Assembly (NCBI GenBank): GCA_965219415.1 | Contig: CBDCNP010000002.1 | Span: 5,344,001-5,408,000 of the forward strand | Length of the DNA: 64,000 bases | Origin: Candidatus Marinacidobacterales bacterium | GTDB taxonomy: Bacteria; Acidobacteriota; Vicinamibacteria; Marinacidobacterales; DATDRI01 | Reading direction: 5' to 3' | Shown here: positions 9,753 through 19,192 of the stretch, piece after piece | How positions within the stretch are numbered: position 1 is the first letter of the stretch | How the letters are laid out: each line of letters starts with the position of its first letter | Translations under genes and position numbers: made by a program | Notes under the pieces: model-generated | What the model was told of the DNA's origin: nothing | Databases searched by the model: none | The model's input: only the letters and a program-made list of their open reading frames with translations

Positions 9753-10688
9753 ATGCTAAGCTATTCCGACACGGGTGCTTCCGCCCGATCGAGGTCCTTG
9801 GAAGAGGCCATTGGTGGGACCCCTTTGCTCAGGATCGGGGAGAGCCAAACTTCTCCCACCGAGATTTACGCCAAGGCCGAGTGGCTCAATCCAGGGGGCT
9901 CGGTTAAGGATCGTGCCGCCCGGGAGATGTTGCAGGAAGGCGAAAAGAATGGCCACCTTAAACCGGGCAAAGTCATCCTCGAGGCCACCAGCGGCAACAC
10001 CGGGATCGCCCTCGCCATGTTGGGAGCCGCGAAAGGCTACCGCGTTCGAGTGTGTCTCCCCGCCAATGCCAGCAAGGAACGGAAACAGATCCTTCGAGCG
10101 TATGGGGCGGAGCTCATAGAAACGAGCGCCCTCGAAGGAACCGATGGTGCTATCGTCAGGGCTCGCCGACTTTCCGCCCAGAAGCCGGACCTTTACTTTT
10201 ATCCGGATCAGTACAACAATCTGGCAAACTGGCAGGCTCACTATCGGACGACGGCCGAGGAAATTTGGGAACAAACCGGGGGACGTCTGACTCACTTCGT
10301 CGCAGGGCTCGGAACGAGCGGAACCTTCGTCGGGAACAGCCGCAGGCTCAAGGAGCTGTCCCCGGCGATCCGGTGCATCTCCTTCCAGCCCGATTCACCG
10401 ATGCACGCCATCGAAGGCTTGAAGCACATGGAGACCGCCATGGTGCCGGGGATTTATGACGATACGATTGCCGACGAGACGCTGGCGATTCGGACCGAGG
10501 ATGCCTACCAGGCTTGCCTACGACTATCCCGGGATCGCGGTCTTTTCGTTGGCCTTTCCTCCGGTGCCGCCTGGGTCGCCGCTCAGCAAGTTGCCGAGCT
10601 GGTCAACGACGGTTTGGTGGTCACGATCTTCCCCGACGGTGGCGACAAGTATCTCTCCGAGGGACCCTGGAAGCGTGAAGTCCCGTGA
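9753..10688 (+). CDS. cysM: PLP-dependent cysteine synthase (CysM type)
   Basis: IGGTPL, KAEWLNPGGSVKDR, EATSGNTGIALA, GLGTSGT, GLSSGA, FPDGGDKYLS. The start could be slightly upstream. Confidence 0.92.
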   Translation: MLSYSDTGASARSRSLEEAIGGTPLLRIGESQTSPTEIYAKAEWLNPGGSVKDRAAREMLQEGEKNGHLKPGKVILEATSGNTGIALAMLGAAKGYRVRVCLPANASKERKQILRAYGAELIETSALEGTDGAIVRARRLSAQKPDLYFYPDQYNNLANWQAHYRTTAEEIWEQTGGRLTHFVAGLGTSGTFVGNSRRLKELSPAIRCISFQPDSPMHAIEGLKHMETAMVPGIYDDTIADETLAIRTEDAYQACLRLSRDRGLFVGLSSGAAWVAAQQVAELVNDGLVVTIFPDGGDKYLSEGPWKREVP

Positions 10689-11113
10689 TTCGAATCCCTG
10701 AACATCTGCTAGAAACCATCCGCGGTCATGGCCGAGAAAGCTACCGCGACGAAGCATGTGGCGTCATGCTCGGACGGCAGGAAGGGCCGGACTTGAACAT
10801 CAAGGACGTTCGGGACGTGCTCCCGCTTGCCAACTCTCGAGACGGTGAGCGTCACCGCCGCTTTCTCGTCACCCCAAAGGACTACCAGCGAGCCGAAGCC
10901 GAGGCGTCGGCACGCGGAATGACCTTGCTGGGTTTTTACCACTCGCACCCCGATCACCCGGCGTTTCCTTCGGGGTATGATTTGGCACATGCGTTTCCTT
11001 TCTTTTCGTACGTCATCGTTTCCGTCCAGAAGGGCGAGCCGACCGAAGTGCGGTCTTTCGTGATGAGGGAGGACCGCTCGGCCTTCGATACAGAGGAGCT
11101 TCAGACGGTTTAG
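10685..11113 (+). CDS. JAB/MPN (M67, Mec-like) metallopeptidase
   Basis: EACG and GFYHSHPDHPAFPSGYD (JAMM motif); GTGA overlap with cysM. Confidence 0.93.
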   Translation: MIRIPEHLLETIRGHGRESYRDEACGVMLGRQEGPDLNIKDVRDVLPLANSRDGERHRRFLVTPKDYQRAEAEASARGMTLLGFYHSHPDHPAFPSGYDLAHAFPFFSYVIVSVQKGEPTEVRSFVMREDRSAFDTEELQTV

Positions 11114-11147
11114 GCTTCCAGCGATTTCCAAAGAAGGAGTACTTGTT

Positions 11148-12605
11148 ATGGCGGTCAAGGTAATGATTCCCACCCCTCTTCGGGCTTACACCGACAATCT
11201 CGAGGCCATCGAGCTCGAGGGCAATACCGTGGCCGAGTTGCTCGCCAATCTCGCCGAACGGTACGGGTCCCTGAAGAAACATTTATTCAATGATGAAGGG
11301 AAGCTCCGAAACTTCGTCAACGTCTACGTCAACGAAGAGGATATCCGATACCTGTCGCGGGAAGAGACTCCGGTCAAGGACTCCGACGTGGTCAGCATCG
11401 TGCCCAGCATTGCTGGGGGGGGCGGCGGTGCAACCGGTACCGCCAGTACCAGCGTGACCTTCAGTCACGACGAGATCCAACGCTACAGCCGACACCTCAT
11501 CATGCCCGAAGTGGGCATGGAGGGTCAGGCGAAGCTGAAACAAGCTAAGGTACTGCTCATCGGCGCCGGGGGTTTGGGTGCTCCTTTGGGGCTCTATCTG
11601 GCGGCCGCAGGGGTCGGTCGCATCGGGCTCGTGGACTTCGACGTCGTCGACACTTCGAACCTGCAGCGACAAGTGACCTACTCAACGAGCGATGTCGGAC
11701 GGCCCAAACTCGAGGTCGCCAAGGAGCGACTATCAGGAATCAATCCACACATTCAGATCGACACCCACGAGGCCCGGCTGAGCTCGGAGAACGCTCTCGA
11801 GCTCTTCCAGGACTACGACATCATTGCAGACGGCACCGACAACTTTCCGACTCGCTATTTGGTGAACGACGCCTGCGTGCTTCTCGGAAAGCCCAACGTT
11901 TACGGAAGTATTTTTCGCTTCGAGGGTCAGGCCTCCGTCTTTTACGCGAAGGAAGGACCCTGCTACCGCTGCCTCTATCCCGAGCCACCCCCACCAGGCC
12001 TCGTCCCGAGCTGCGCGGAAGGCGGAGTCTTGGGGGTCCTCCCCGGGATCGTGGGCACCTTGCAAGCGCTCGAAGTCGTTAAACTGATTTTGGGACAAGG
12101 GAATCCTCTCATTGGAAGGCTTCTTCTCTTCGATGCTCTCAAAATGAACTTCCGGGAGCTGAGACTCCGGAAAGATCCCGATTGCATGCTGTGTGGGGAG
12201 CACGCCACCATCACCGAGCTCATCGACTACGAGCAGTTCTGCGGCATCCCCCGCGAGGAACCGGCGGCAGCGAGCGCTGGAGCAAGCGTGCCAACGATAT
12301 CCGTCGAGGAGCTTAAGACTCTCATGGACAAGAAAGAGGACGTCTTCATCCTAGACGTACGGGAAACGCAGGAGTGGAACATCGCCCACTTGGACGATGC
12401 CAAGCTGATCCCGCTCGGAGATCTCCCTCAGGCCGTGAATCAGTTGAGCTCGGCGGACGAGATCGTCGTTCATTGCCGAAGCGGTGCGAGAAGCGCCAAG
12501 GCTGTCCAGTTCCTGATGGGCATGGGCTTTCGAAAAGTAAGAAATCTCGAAGGAGGGATCCTCGCCTGGGCGGAGCGCATCGACCCTTCTCTACCTCGCT
12601 ACTGA
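11148..12605 (+). CDS. moeB: Fusion of MoaD/ThiS (CysO-like) ubiquitin-like domain, MoeB/ThiF E1 adenylyltransferase and rhodanese (MoeZ-like)
   Basis: N-terminal IPTPLR...FVNVYVNEEDIR...VSIVPSIAGG, then RYSRHLIMPEVG, GAGGLG, SNLQRQ, CYRC, PSCAEGGVLG and rhodanese HCRSGARS. Confidence 0.93.
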   Translation: MAVKVMIPTPLRAYTDNLEAIELEGNTVAELLANLAERYGSLKKHLFNDEGKLRNFVNVYVNEEDIRYLSREETPVKDSDVVSIVPSIAGGGGGATGTASTSVTFSHDEIQRYSRHLIMPEVGMEGQAKLKQAKVLLIGAGGLGAPLGLYLAAAGVGRIGLVDFDVVDTSNLQRQVTYSTSDVGRPKLEVAKERLSGINPHIQIDTHEARLSSENALELFQDYDIIADGTDNFPTRYLVNDACVLLGKPNVYGSIFRFEGQASVFYAKEGPCYRCLYPEPPPPGLVPSCAEGGVLGVLPGIVGTLQALEVVKLILGQGNPLIGRLLLFDALKMNFRELRLRKDPDCMLCGEHATITELIDYEQFCGIPREEPAAASAGASVPTISVEELKTLMDKKEDVFILDVRETQEWNIAHLDDAKLIPLGDLPQAVNQLSSADEIVVHCRSGARSAKAVQFLMGMGFRKVRNLEGGILAWAERIDPSLPRY

Positions 12606-12650
12606 GCCGGCTTTTGACAGTCTCGAGACTTCTACGATAGAAATCTGTTT

Positions 12651-13319
12651 GTGGGTGAGCTCAACGATTCCGTAAAAGAGGAAGTTGCGGGCACGCTTCG
12701 CGATGTACGTGAGCGCGTGCGCTCGGAAGACAATCCCTCACCCAAGCCCTCCCCCTATCCGACGCCGTCTGAGCCGCATGCTCCACTGGGTTCGGTCCAG
12801 TCGCCGGAACGGCCATCGACGAGGGTCCCGACCTCGCCGAGCACCGAACAGTTGAACGCGTCCTGGGACATCTCCACCGCTCTCGGGACCCTGCCCTCAG
12901 GTCGAATGGCGCGGATTTTCTCTCCGCTGCGCCGCCAGCTCCAGAGACTCGTTCGCTTCGCCTTCGGTCCCGTCGTCGATCGCCAGGTCGAGGTCAACTC
13001 CGCGCAAGTCCGGTTCAACAACGAACTGGTGCAGTACATCGACACGCGATTGGATCGGATTTCGGCGCACTACGACCAGGTGCTCGGGCTGCATGGGAAG
13101 CGGATGGAAGAAATCGACGAGCGCCATCTGATTCTTCAACAAGAGCTGGTAAGGCACGTGCACGAGCTGGTTAAGCGCATCGATTTCGTTTTCGAAAACG
13201 CGGAGCAAAACCACCTCTACCTCGAGGGCATGCTTAAAGAGGCGCGAGAGGAGCTTCGCGACATCGCTCAAAAGACTCGCCGGCTGGAGGAGAAGCTGTC
13301 AGCCTCGACGAAAAGCTGA
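12651..13319 (+). CDS. Hypothetical coiled-coil protein
   Basis: 222-aa ORF between moeB and the GT genes; Pro-rich N-terminus and helical/coiled-coil C-terminus. Confidence 0.75.
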   Translation: MGELNDSVKEEVAGTLRDVRERVRSEDNPSPKPSPYPTPSEPHAPLGSVQSPERPSTRVPTSPSTEQLNASWDISTALGTLPSGRMARIFSPLRRQLQRLVRFAFGPVVDRQVEVNSAQVRFNNELVQYIDTRLDRISAHYDQVLGLHGKRMEEIDERHLILQQELVRHVHELVKRIDFVFENAEQNHLYLEGMLKEAREELRDIAQKTRRLEEKLSASTKS

Positions 13320-13331
13320 GCCCTACACCAA

Positions 13332-14378
13332 ATGCCTCGCCGAGCAATCTGCATTTGTGCCGTCCAGGCTCCGCTGATCACCGGGGGAGCCGAGATCTTA
13401 GTCGGCGAGCTCGCTGCACAGCTCAAGACGAGAGGCTATGCGGTCGACGTCGTCAACATCCCCTTCAAGTGGTATCCGGTTCAAGACCTCATCAAGCAAG
13501 CTCTTCTCTGGCGCTGGGTAGAGATCACCGAGTCGAATGGCATGCCGATCGACATGGTCATCGCTACGAAATTTCCATCGTACCTCGTTCGACATCCGGC
13601 CAAAGTCACTTGGCTCTTCCACCAGCACCGCGAGGTCTACGATCTGTATGGAACCCCGTATTGCAGTTTCACCGACGATCCCGAGGAACAGGAGATCCGG
13701 CAAACGATCATCCGCATGGACAGCAAAACACTGCGCGAGTCTCACTCTGTCTTCACGATTTCGCAAAACGTGTCTTCCCGGCTCCAGCGCTACAACGACA
13801 TTCAATCGACGCCCTTGTACCCTCCGCCAAATTATATGGGTCGATATCGAGGTGGCTCTTTCGGTGACTATGCGCTGTTCGCGGGACGACTAGACCCGTT
13901 GAAGCGATGCGATCTCCTGGTGGACGCTTTTCGCCACATCGGAGAAGCCAAGTTGGTCATCGCTGGAACCGGGCCTCAACGAGAGAACCTGGAGCGCCAG
14001 ATCGAGCGGCTCGGGCTTAAGGACCGCGTACTGCTAAAGGGCTTCGTACCTGATGAAGAGCTACTCGAGCTCTACGCCGGAGCCTTCGCTGTTCTCTATG
14101 CCCCCCTCGATGAAGACTACGGCTACGTCACGGTGGAAGCTTTCATGTCCGGGAAGCCGGTCGTGACCTGCAACGACTCCGGAGGAACCTTGGAGTTCGT
14201 AGACCATGAAGTGAACGGCTTCGTCGTCGAGCCACGAGCCGAGGCTATCGCCGAGGCGGTCGAGAATCTCTTCGCCCATCGCGATCGGGCCCGGGAGATG
14301 GGAGAACAGGGCAAACCCAAGGTAAGCGGGATCGGCTGGGACCACGTCATCGACTCCCTTACCACTTCCCTCCGATGA
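13332..14378 (+). CDS. Glycosyltransferase family 4
   Basis: GGAEIL, GRLDPLKR, DEDYGYVTVEAF.SGKPVV. Confidence 0.93.
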   Translation: MPRRAICICAVQAPLITGGAEILVGELAAQLKTRGYAVDVVNIPFKWYPVQDLIKQALLWRWVEITESNGMPIDMVIATKFPSYLVRHPAKVTWLFHQHREVYDLYGTPYCSFTDDPEEQEIRQTIIRMDSKTLRESHSVFTISQNVSSRLQRYNDIQSTPLYPPPNYMGRYRGGSFGDYALFAGRLDPLKRCDLLVDAFRHIGEAKLVIAGTGPQRENLERQIERLGLKDRVLLKGFVPDEELLELYAGAFAVLYAPLDEDYGYVTVEAFMSGKPVVTCNDSGGTLEFVDHEVNGFVVEPRAEAIAEAVENLFAHRDRAREMGEQGKPKVSGIGWDHVIDSLTTSLR

Positions 14379-15736
14379 AGATCGCCTACTGGAGTCCGCT
14401 CAGCCCGATGGGAACGGGCGTTGCCGATTATAGCGAAGAGCTTCTTCCCTATCTCACAGATGGGGCGGAGATCCATTTGTTTATGGACGGCTATACGCCG
14501 TCCGGGCCCGCCATCATCGAACAATTCCCGTGGCACCAAGCGAGGGAGTTCGAAGAAGTCAACCAGCGAGAGCAATTCGATCTGAACCTGTACCAGCTTG
14601 GCAACAGTTCCTACCACCGTTACGCCCTCAACGCCGCCCTTCGTTTTCCGGGCGTTGTCGTGTTGCACGATCTCGTTCTCCAGCATCTGTTTCTTGGTCT
14701 TTCCGTGGAGCGCGCCAACGTCGAGCTCTACGTGGCGGAGATGAAACGGGCCTACGGCGACCGCGGGGCTGCGTTAGGAAGGCAGATCGCGCTGGCGTTG
14801 GGAAGCGATCTACTAGTCTCCAAGTTTCCGTTGTGCGAAAGAGTCGTCGAAAGAAGCTATGGGGTATTGGTTTTGACGCGCTTCATGCAGGGGTGGTTGA
14901 GGCGTCGGTTTGGAAGCATGCCGGTGGGTAAGTTCATTGGTAAGGCGCCACACCATTACGCACCCCCGCCCGCTCTCCCTACGACGGAGGTTGCCGAGGC
15001 CCGTAGGATACTTGGCCTACCTCAGGACGGCTTCCTGGTCTCGTCTTTCGGCCTCGTTACGCGAGCCAAACGCATGGAGGAAGCGCTCGAGGGGTTTCGC
15101 CTGTTTGCTCGAAACCGGCCGGAAGCCCGCTTCCTGATCGTCGGCGAGGTGCAAAAGGGCTTTCCCATCGAAGCCCACACCCGCTCACCGGAGCTCAAGG
15201 ACAAGATCGTGGTGACCGGGCGACAGCCGATGGATCGCTTCTACCTCTACATGCTCGCGTCAGACGTCGTCGTGAACCTCAGATTCCCCTCGACCGGAGA
15301 GCTCTCCGGCACTCTTATCCGAACCCTGGGCATGGGCAAACCGGTCCTCGTCTCCAATACCGGTCCATTCCTAGAGTTCCCGGAATACACGGTGGCTAGG
15401 ATCGATTTGGGACCACCGGAGGTGAAAGAAATCGCGAGGACTCTCGAGCTATTCGCCAGCCGGCCCGAACTGAGGCGTGACATGGGGCGATACGCGCGGG
15501 AGCACGTCGAAGAAACCTACAGCCTCCGCGCGGAAGCGAAGGCCTATTTGGCGTTTCTCGAAGAAGTGCTCGCCGGTCTGCACGCCGGAAAAGTAGCCCC
15601 GCCACCCCCCTTCGAACAAGCCGATCTGGCGGCCGCGATCACCGCCACCATCTCGGACATGCCGCTGGGCGGCACGTTTGGATTGGAAACCGTGCGGGAA
15701 GCGTTGAGGAGTGCTACAGAAGATGGCGCGCAGTAA
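14375..15736 (+). CDS. Glycosyltransferase family 4
   Basis: SPLSPMGTGVADYS, VVLHD, NLRFPSTGELSG..RTLGMGKPVLVS. Confidence 0.9.
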   Translation: MKIAYWSPLSPMGTGVADYSEELLPYLTDGAEIHLFMDGYTPSGPAIIEQFPWHQAREFEEVNQREQFDLNLYQLGNSSYHRYALNAALRFPGVVVLHDLVLQHLFLGLSVERANVELYVAEMKRAYGDRGAALGRQIALALGSDLLVSKFPLCERVVERSYGVLVLTRFMQGWLRRRFGSMPVGKFIGKAPHHYAPPPALPTTEVAEARRILGLPQDGFLVSSFGLVTRAKRMEEALEGFRLFARNRPEARFLIVGEVQKGFPIEAHTRSPELKDKIVVTGRQPMDRFYLYMLASDVVVNLRFPSTGELSGTLIRTLGMGKPVLVSNTGPFLEFPEYTVARIDLGPPEVKEIARTLELFASRPELRRDMGRYAREHVEETYSLRAEAKAYLAFLEEVLAGLHAGKVAPPPPFEQADLAAAITATISDMPLGGTFGLETVREALRSATEDGAQ

Positions 15737-15756
15737 AGGAGGAAGCCAGCCATATA

Positions 15757-15789
15757 CCCTCACCCCGGCCCTCTCCCAGAGGGAGAGGG
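15757..15789. repeat. BoxC/REP-like palindromic extragenic element
   Basis: CCCTCACCCCGGCCCTCTCCCAGAGGGAGAGGG between convergent genes; hairpin CCCTCTCCC/GGGAGAGGG. Confidence 0.75.
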
Positions 15790-15814
15790 AGTAACGGAAA
15801 GAAGCCAACTTCTA

Positions 15815-16444
15815 TTACCACACGTACCTTCGCACGTGCGCCCGCGACTTGAGATCTGAAATCCAGCGTTCCACGCGCTCGTTGAACGCCTTCTCTTCTA
15901 GGATTCTTCGGATGCTTCCCGCCACGCTCTCCAGAAGCGGTACCGCTTCGCCGGCGTCGTCGAGGACCGGAAGGAGCTCGTCGTCGTAGTACTTTTCGAT
16001 GTCGACATCGGTTACGTAGACGAGTGGCCGGAACCGACGCTCCAAGTAACGCTGGACTGTCAGTTGCTTTCTCACCAACGCTTCCATCTCGTCCAGAGTC
16101 ATCACCCGAGAATCCCTGAGCGTGTCCCCCGAAGAAAAGGACTCACCGATCGAGTCCAGCACTTCGTCGATTCGTTCTTGGGTAATAGACTCTTCGGGAT
16201 AGCGATTTACTTCCCTCTCCACCAGACGCGCTTCGATGAGTCTCTCAACCACATCTTCCATCGAGAGTTCCTGTTGACCACGGAGGGTGCGCAGCTCCGT
16301 TGCTTGCTCGACTTCGGACAGGGTGATTACGTCGCGGTCAACGACGGCGGCAATCCGATCGACGATTTCCGCTCGCGCACTGGGTGCGACGGCTGCGCCC
16401 ACCAGAAGTAAGCCCGCGATTTGCATCGGTCGTGTCTTGTTCAC
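15815..16444 (-). CDS. SurA N-terminal-domain-like periplasmic chaperone without PPIase domain
   Basis: Signal peptide ARA|EIVDRIAAVVD.DVITLSEV; C-terminal WISDLKSRAHV. Confidence 0.75.
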   Translation of the reverse strand: MNKTRPMQIAGLLLVGAAVAPSARAEIVDRIAAVVDRDVITLSEVEQATELRTLRGQQELSMEDVVERLIEARLVEREVNRYPEESITQERIDEVLDSIGESFSSGDTLRDSRVMTLDEMEALVRKQLTVQRYLERRFRPLVYVTDVDIEKYYDDELLPVLDDAGEAVPLLESVAGSIRRILEEKAFNERVERWISDLKSRAHVRRYVW

Positions 16445-16452
16445 GCTTCTCC

Positions 16453-19188
16453 TCAGAAAGGATGTCCCAAGCTCACGTGAAGCCGCCCGAACGACTCACC
16501 GGGTCGGGGATTGAGCTTGATCCCGTAGTCCACCCGTACCGGGCCAATCGGCGTTTCGTAGCGAAATCCCAATCCTGCGTTATAGCGCCAGTTGAGAAGG
16601 CGGATAACCTGCAAGCGACGATAAACGTTTCCGTTATCGGAAAACACCACGCCTCCCAGCCTCTTGGCGATCGGAAACCGAAACTCCAGGTTGAGTAACA
16701 TCAAGACGTTCCCTCCCACCGGTTCCCCGCTGTCGGGGTTGGTAGGGCTGGCCTCATCCAGCGCGAAGCCACGCAACGTATTGGCTCCACCGGCGAAGAA
16801 ACGCTCGGTGATGGGCAGCAGGGCATCCCGGTCTTCTCTGAAGGTTTGACCAATTCCCCCTCGGAGTGCGAGGACGAACACCGTGTTCCTGGGAAGCGGA
16901 AAATAGAAAAACTGCTGGGCCAAACCCTTGATAAAAGGTGAGTGGGTCCCCAAGAATTTGGTGGAGAGATCGAAGTCCAAGATCCGGAACTGGCCGCGAG
17001 TCGGAGCGACCGGATCATCGCGGTTGTCGGTTACGGAAGAGACCGAGACCTTCGAGATGAGGGCTGACCGAAACTCGGGCGGTGGTGGATTTTGAGGATC
17101 TTCTTCCAGGAGGTCTACGTCCTCCAACGAGTAACGGAAGAAAAAGGTCTGGCTCTTCGACACCCGCTTGAGGACTTGCGTACCGACGCCGACCCGTTTG
17201 AATTTGAAGTCGGCCCGTTCACCCTCTTCGCGAACCGCAGTGACGAACGATGGTAGCTCCAATCCAAACGTATCCGGCTGTTGGTACGAGAAGAACAGCC
17301 GATTGCTCCGAAAACTCGCGCGGGCGAAGACGCTGGCGGAGCGGTTCATCCCCAAGATGTTGTGACGAGAAATTTGTCCTTCCACCCGTGCCAGATCTCG
17401 CTCGCTATATCCGAATCCGTAACCCACCGTCGTTCGAGGGGCTTCCTTCAGATCGATCAAAACGTCACTGGATTGGGTAGCCGGGTCGCGAGGGAGCACC
17501 TCGATGCTCACGTCGCGAAAAAGTCCGGTACCGATCAATCGCTGTCGCGTCTCGAGGAGGTTCTCCGATGAAAGGGGCTCCTGCGGAGAGAGAGTGACAT
17601 GTGGGCGCACCGCTTGCTCTTTGGTTTGATCGAGTCCCGTAAAGACAATGCGATCGACACGCGTCTGGGCCCCTTCGTCAATGAGAAGGCTCGCCGTCCC
17701 TCGAGTCCCGCTCGCATCCAACTCGGTGGCGAGCTCCACGACGACCTGCTGGAAGCCACGGTTCCGGTAGAGACCGATGGTCCGCTCCCGCGCTCCTATG
17801 AGCTTGGCCGCATCGAAGATCTCCCCGACCTTGAGGCGACTGTTTGCCATGACTTCGTCCGGTGGAATTTGCTCTGCACCTTGTAGGTCGACGCTCTCCA
17901 AATAGGCCTGAGGGCCTTTCTCGATACGCAAGAGCATATTGACTCGGCTGGGGTCGTCGTCTGTCGCCTCAACCTCGCCCGTGACCTCCGAGCGGTGATA
18001 TCCCTGCTGGAGAAAGAATCTGCGGACCGCCCTCTGGTCTTCGTCCCACTTACGTGGGACGTACGGAGAGGAACGAAATCGGCCCTTCGGTCCCGTGGTG
18101 AGAAGTGTGCGAATCGTCTTTTCGTCTGCCTCGCTCACTCCTTCGATTCGCACCGACTCGATTTCTAGATGTTGCCCGGGCTCAATCCGGAACCGCAACG
18201 TGAGCTGTTGGTTGCCCACCAACTCGCGCTCCACCAAGACCGACGCGTCGGAGTATCCGCGCTCCCGAAAGTGGGCCTCGATGTTCGCCCGCGACTCTTC
18301 GATCAAGTCCTCTGAATCGCTCGTTTCTTTCTCGATCGGCACCAACGCGCTCAACGTTTTCTGGCTCAACTCGGCACCAGTCGCCTCGATCACGACGCGA
18401 GGGCCTATCCGAGCCAGTATGTCGATCGAAACATGCTCGGGAGGCTCGGGGGAGATCTCCGAATCGAGCCGAGCCTCGTAGAACCCCTTGCCCTTCCAAC
18501 GCTTCAGGATCGCATCGAGCTCCCTCTCAACGGTTTGCTCGTCATAGAAGCCGCCCGGCTTCAAACCGATCTCACGCCTCAAGCTCTCTTTAACGCGCGG
18601 GGTGACTCCTTCAATCCGGATCTCGTTGAGCCTCGCCCGCGGACCGAGCTCGATATGGAAAACGACCTGTGCTTCGGCTTCCCGTATCCGCGCCTCGGGA
18701 TCCACCTGGGCCCATAGAAAGCCTTTCTTCTGCAGCAAGACCGCCATTCGCACCGCGGCTTCTTCGACTCGCGTCGCGTCGAACGGCTCCCCGGAAGAAA
18801 TGGCTCCCTCTTCGAGCAATATCTCGCGCATCGAGGAAACTTCCTTCGAGTTGGCGGTGGGTTCCGAAAGAAGGACCTCGCCGACAGTCAAACGTGGGTA
18901 GAGATGAAAAGTAAGCGCGACCCCATCTCCCTCCGGTCGGGCGTCCACCTTGATGTCGCTAAAGCTCCCGAACGCGTAGAGGCGCTTGATCGAGCGACGC
19001 ACCGCTGCGGGATCGTAGGCATCTCCGGGCTGAACATCGACCAATTTCCTCGCTCGCTCGGGGAGCGGCCCGCGCGAAGACGCCATCTGTACATCATTCA
19101 CCACCATTCCGGTGAATCGTTCCGAGGCGTTGCCGCTAGGCAAAGCGAGTGCTAAAACCACTCCAGCTACCATTGACGAAGAGAGCAT
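16453..19188 (-). CDS. Omp85 family protein (TamA/BamA-like) with about 7 POTRA domains
   Basis: Repeated POTRA units, ERFFAGGANTLRGF, GLGFRYETPIGPVRVDYG, C-terminal SLGHPF. Confidence 0.93.
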   Translation of the reverse strand: MLSSSMVAGVVLALALPSGNASERFTGMVVNDVQMASSRGPLPERARKLVDVQPGDAYDPAAVRRSIKRLYAFGSFSDIKVDARPEGDGVALTFHLYPRLTVGEVLLSEPTANSKEVSSMREILLEEGAISSGEPFDATRVEEAAVRMAVLLQKKGFLWAQVDPEARIREAEAQVVFHIELGPRARLNEIRIEGVTPRVKESLRREIGLKPGGFYDEQTVERELDAILKRWKGKGFYEARLDSEISPEPPEHVSIDILARIGPRVVIEATGAELSQKTLSALVPIEKETSDSEDLIEESRANIEAHFRERGYSDASVLVERELVGNQQLTLRFRIEPGQHLEIESVRIEGVSEADEKTIRTLLTTGPKGRFRSSPYVPRKWDEDQRAVRRFFLQQGYHRSEVTGEVEATDDDPSRVNMLLRIEKGPQAYLESVDLQGAEQIPPDEVMANSRLKVGEIFDAAKLIGARERTIGLYRNRGFQQVVVELATELDASGTRGTASLLIDEGAQTRVDRIVFTGLDQTKEQAVRPHVTLSPQEPLSSENLLETRQRLIGTGLFRDVSIEVLPRDPATQSSDVLIDLKEAPRTTVGYGFGYSERDLARVEGQISRHNILGMNRSASVFARASFRSNRLFFSYQQPDTFGLELPSFVTAVREEGERADFKFKRVGVGTQVLKRVSKSQTFFFRYSLEDVDLLEEDPQNPPPPEFRSALISKVSVSSVTDNRDDPVAPTRGQFRILDFDLSTKFLGTHSPFIKGLAQQFFYFPLPRNTVFVLALRGGIGQTFREDRDALLPITERFFAGGANTLRGFALDEASPTNPDSGEPVGGNVLMLLNLEFRFPIAKRLGGVVFSDNGNVYRRLQVIRLLNWRYNAGLGFRYETPIGPVRVDYGIKLNPRPGESFGRLHVSLGHPF

Positions 19189-19192
19189 CGCC

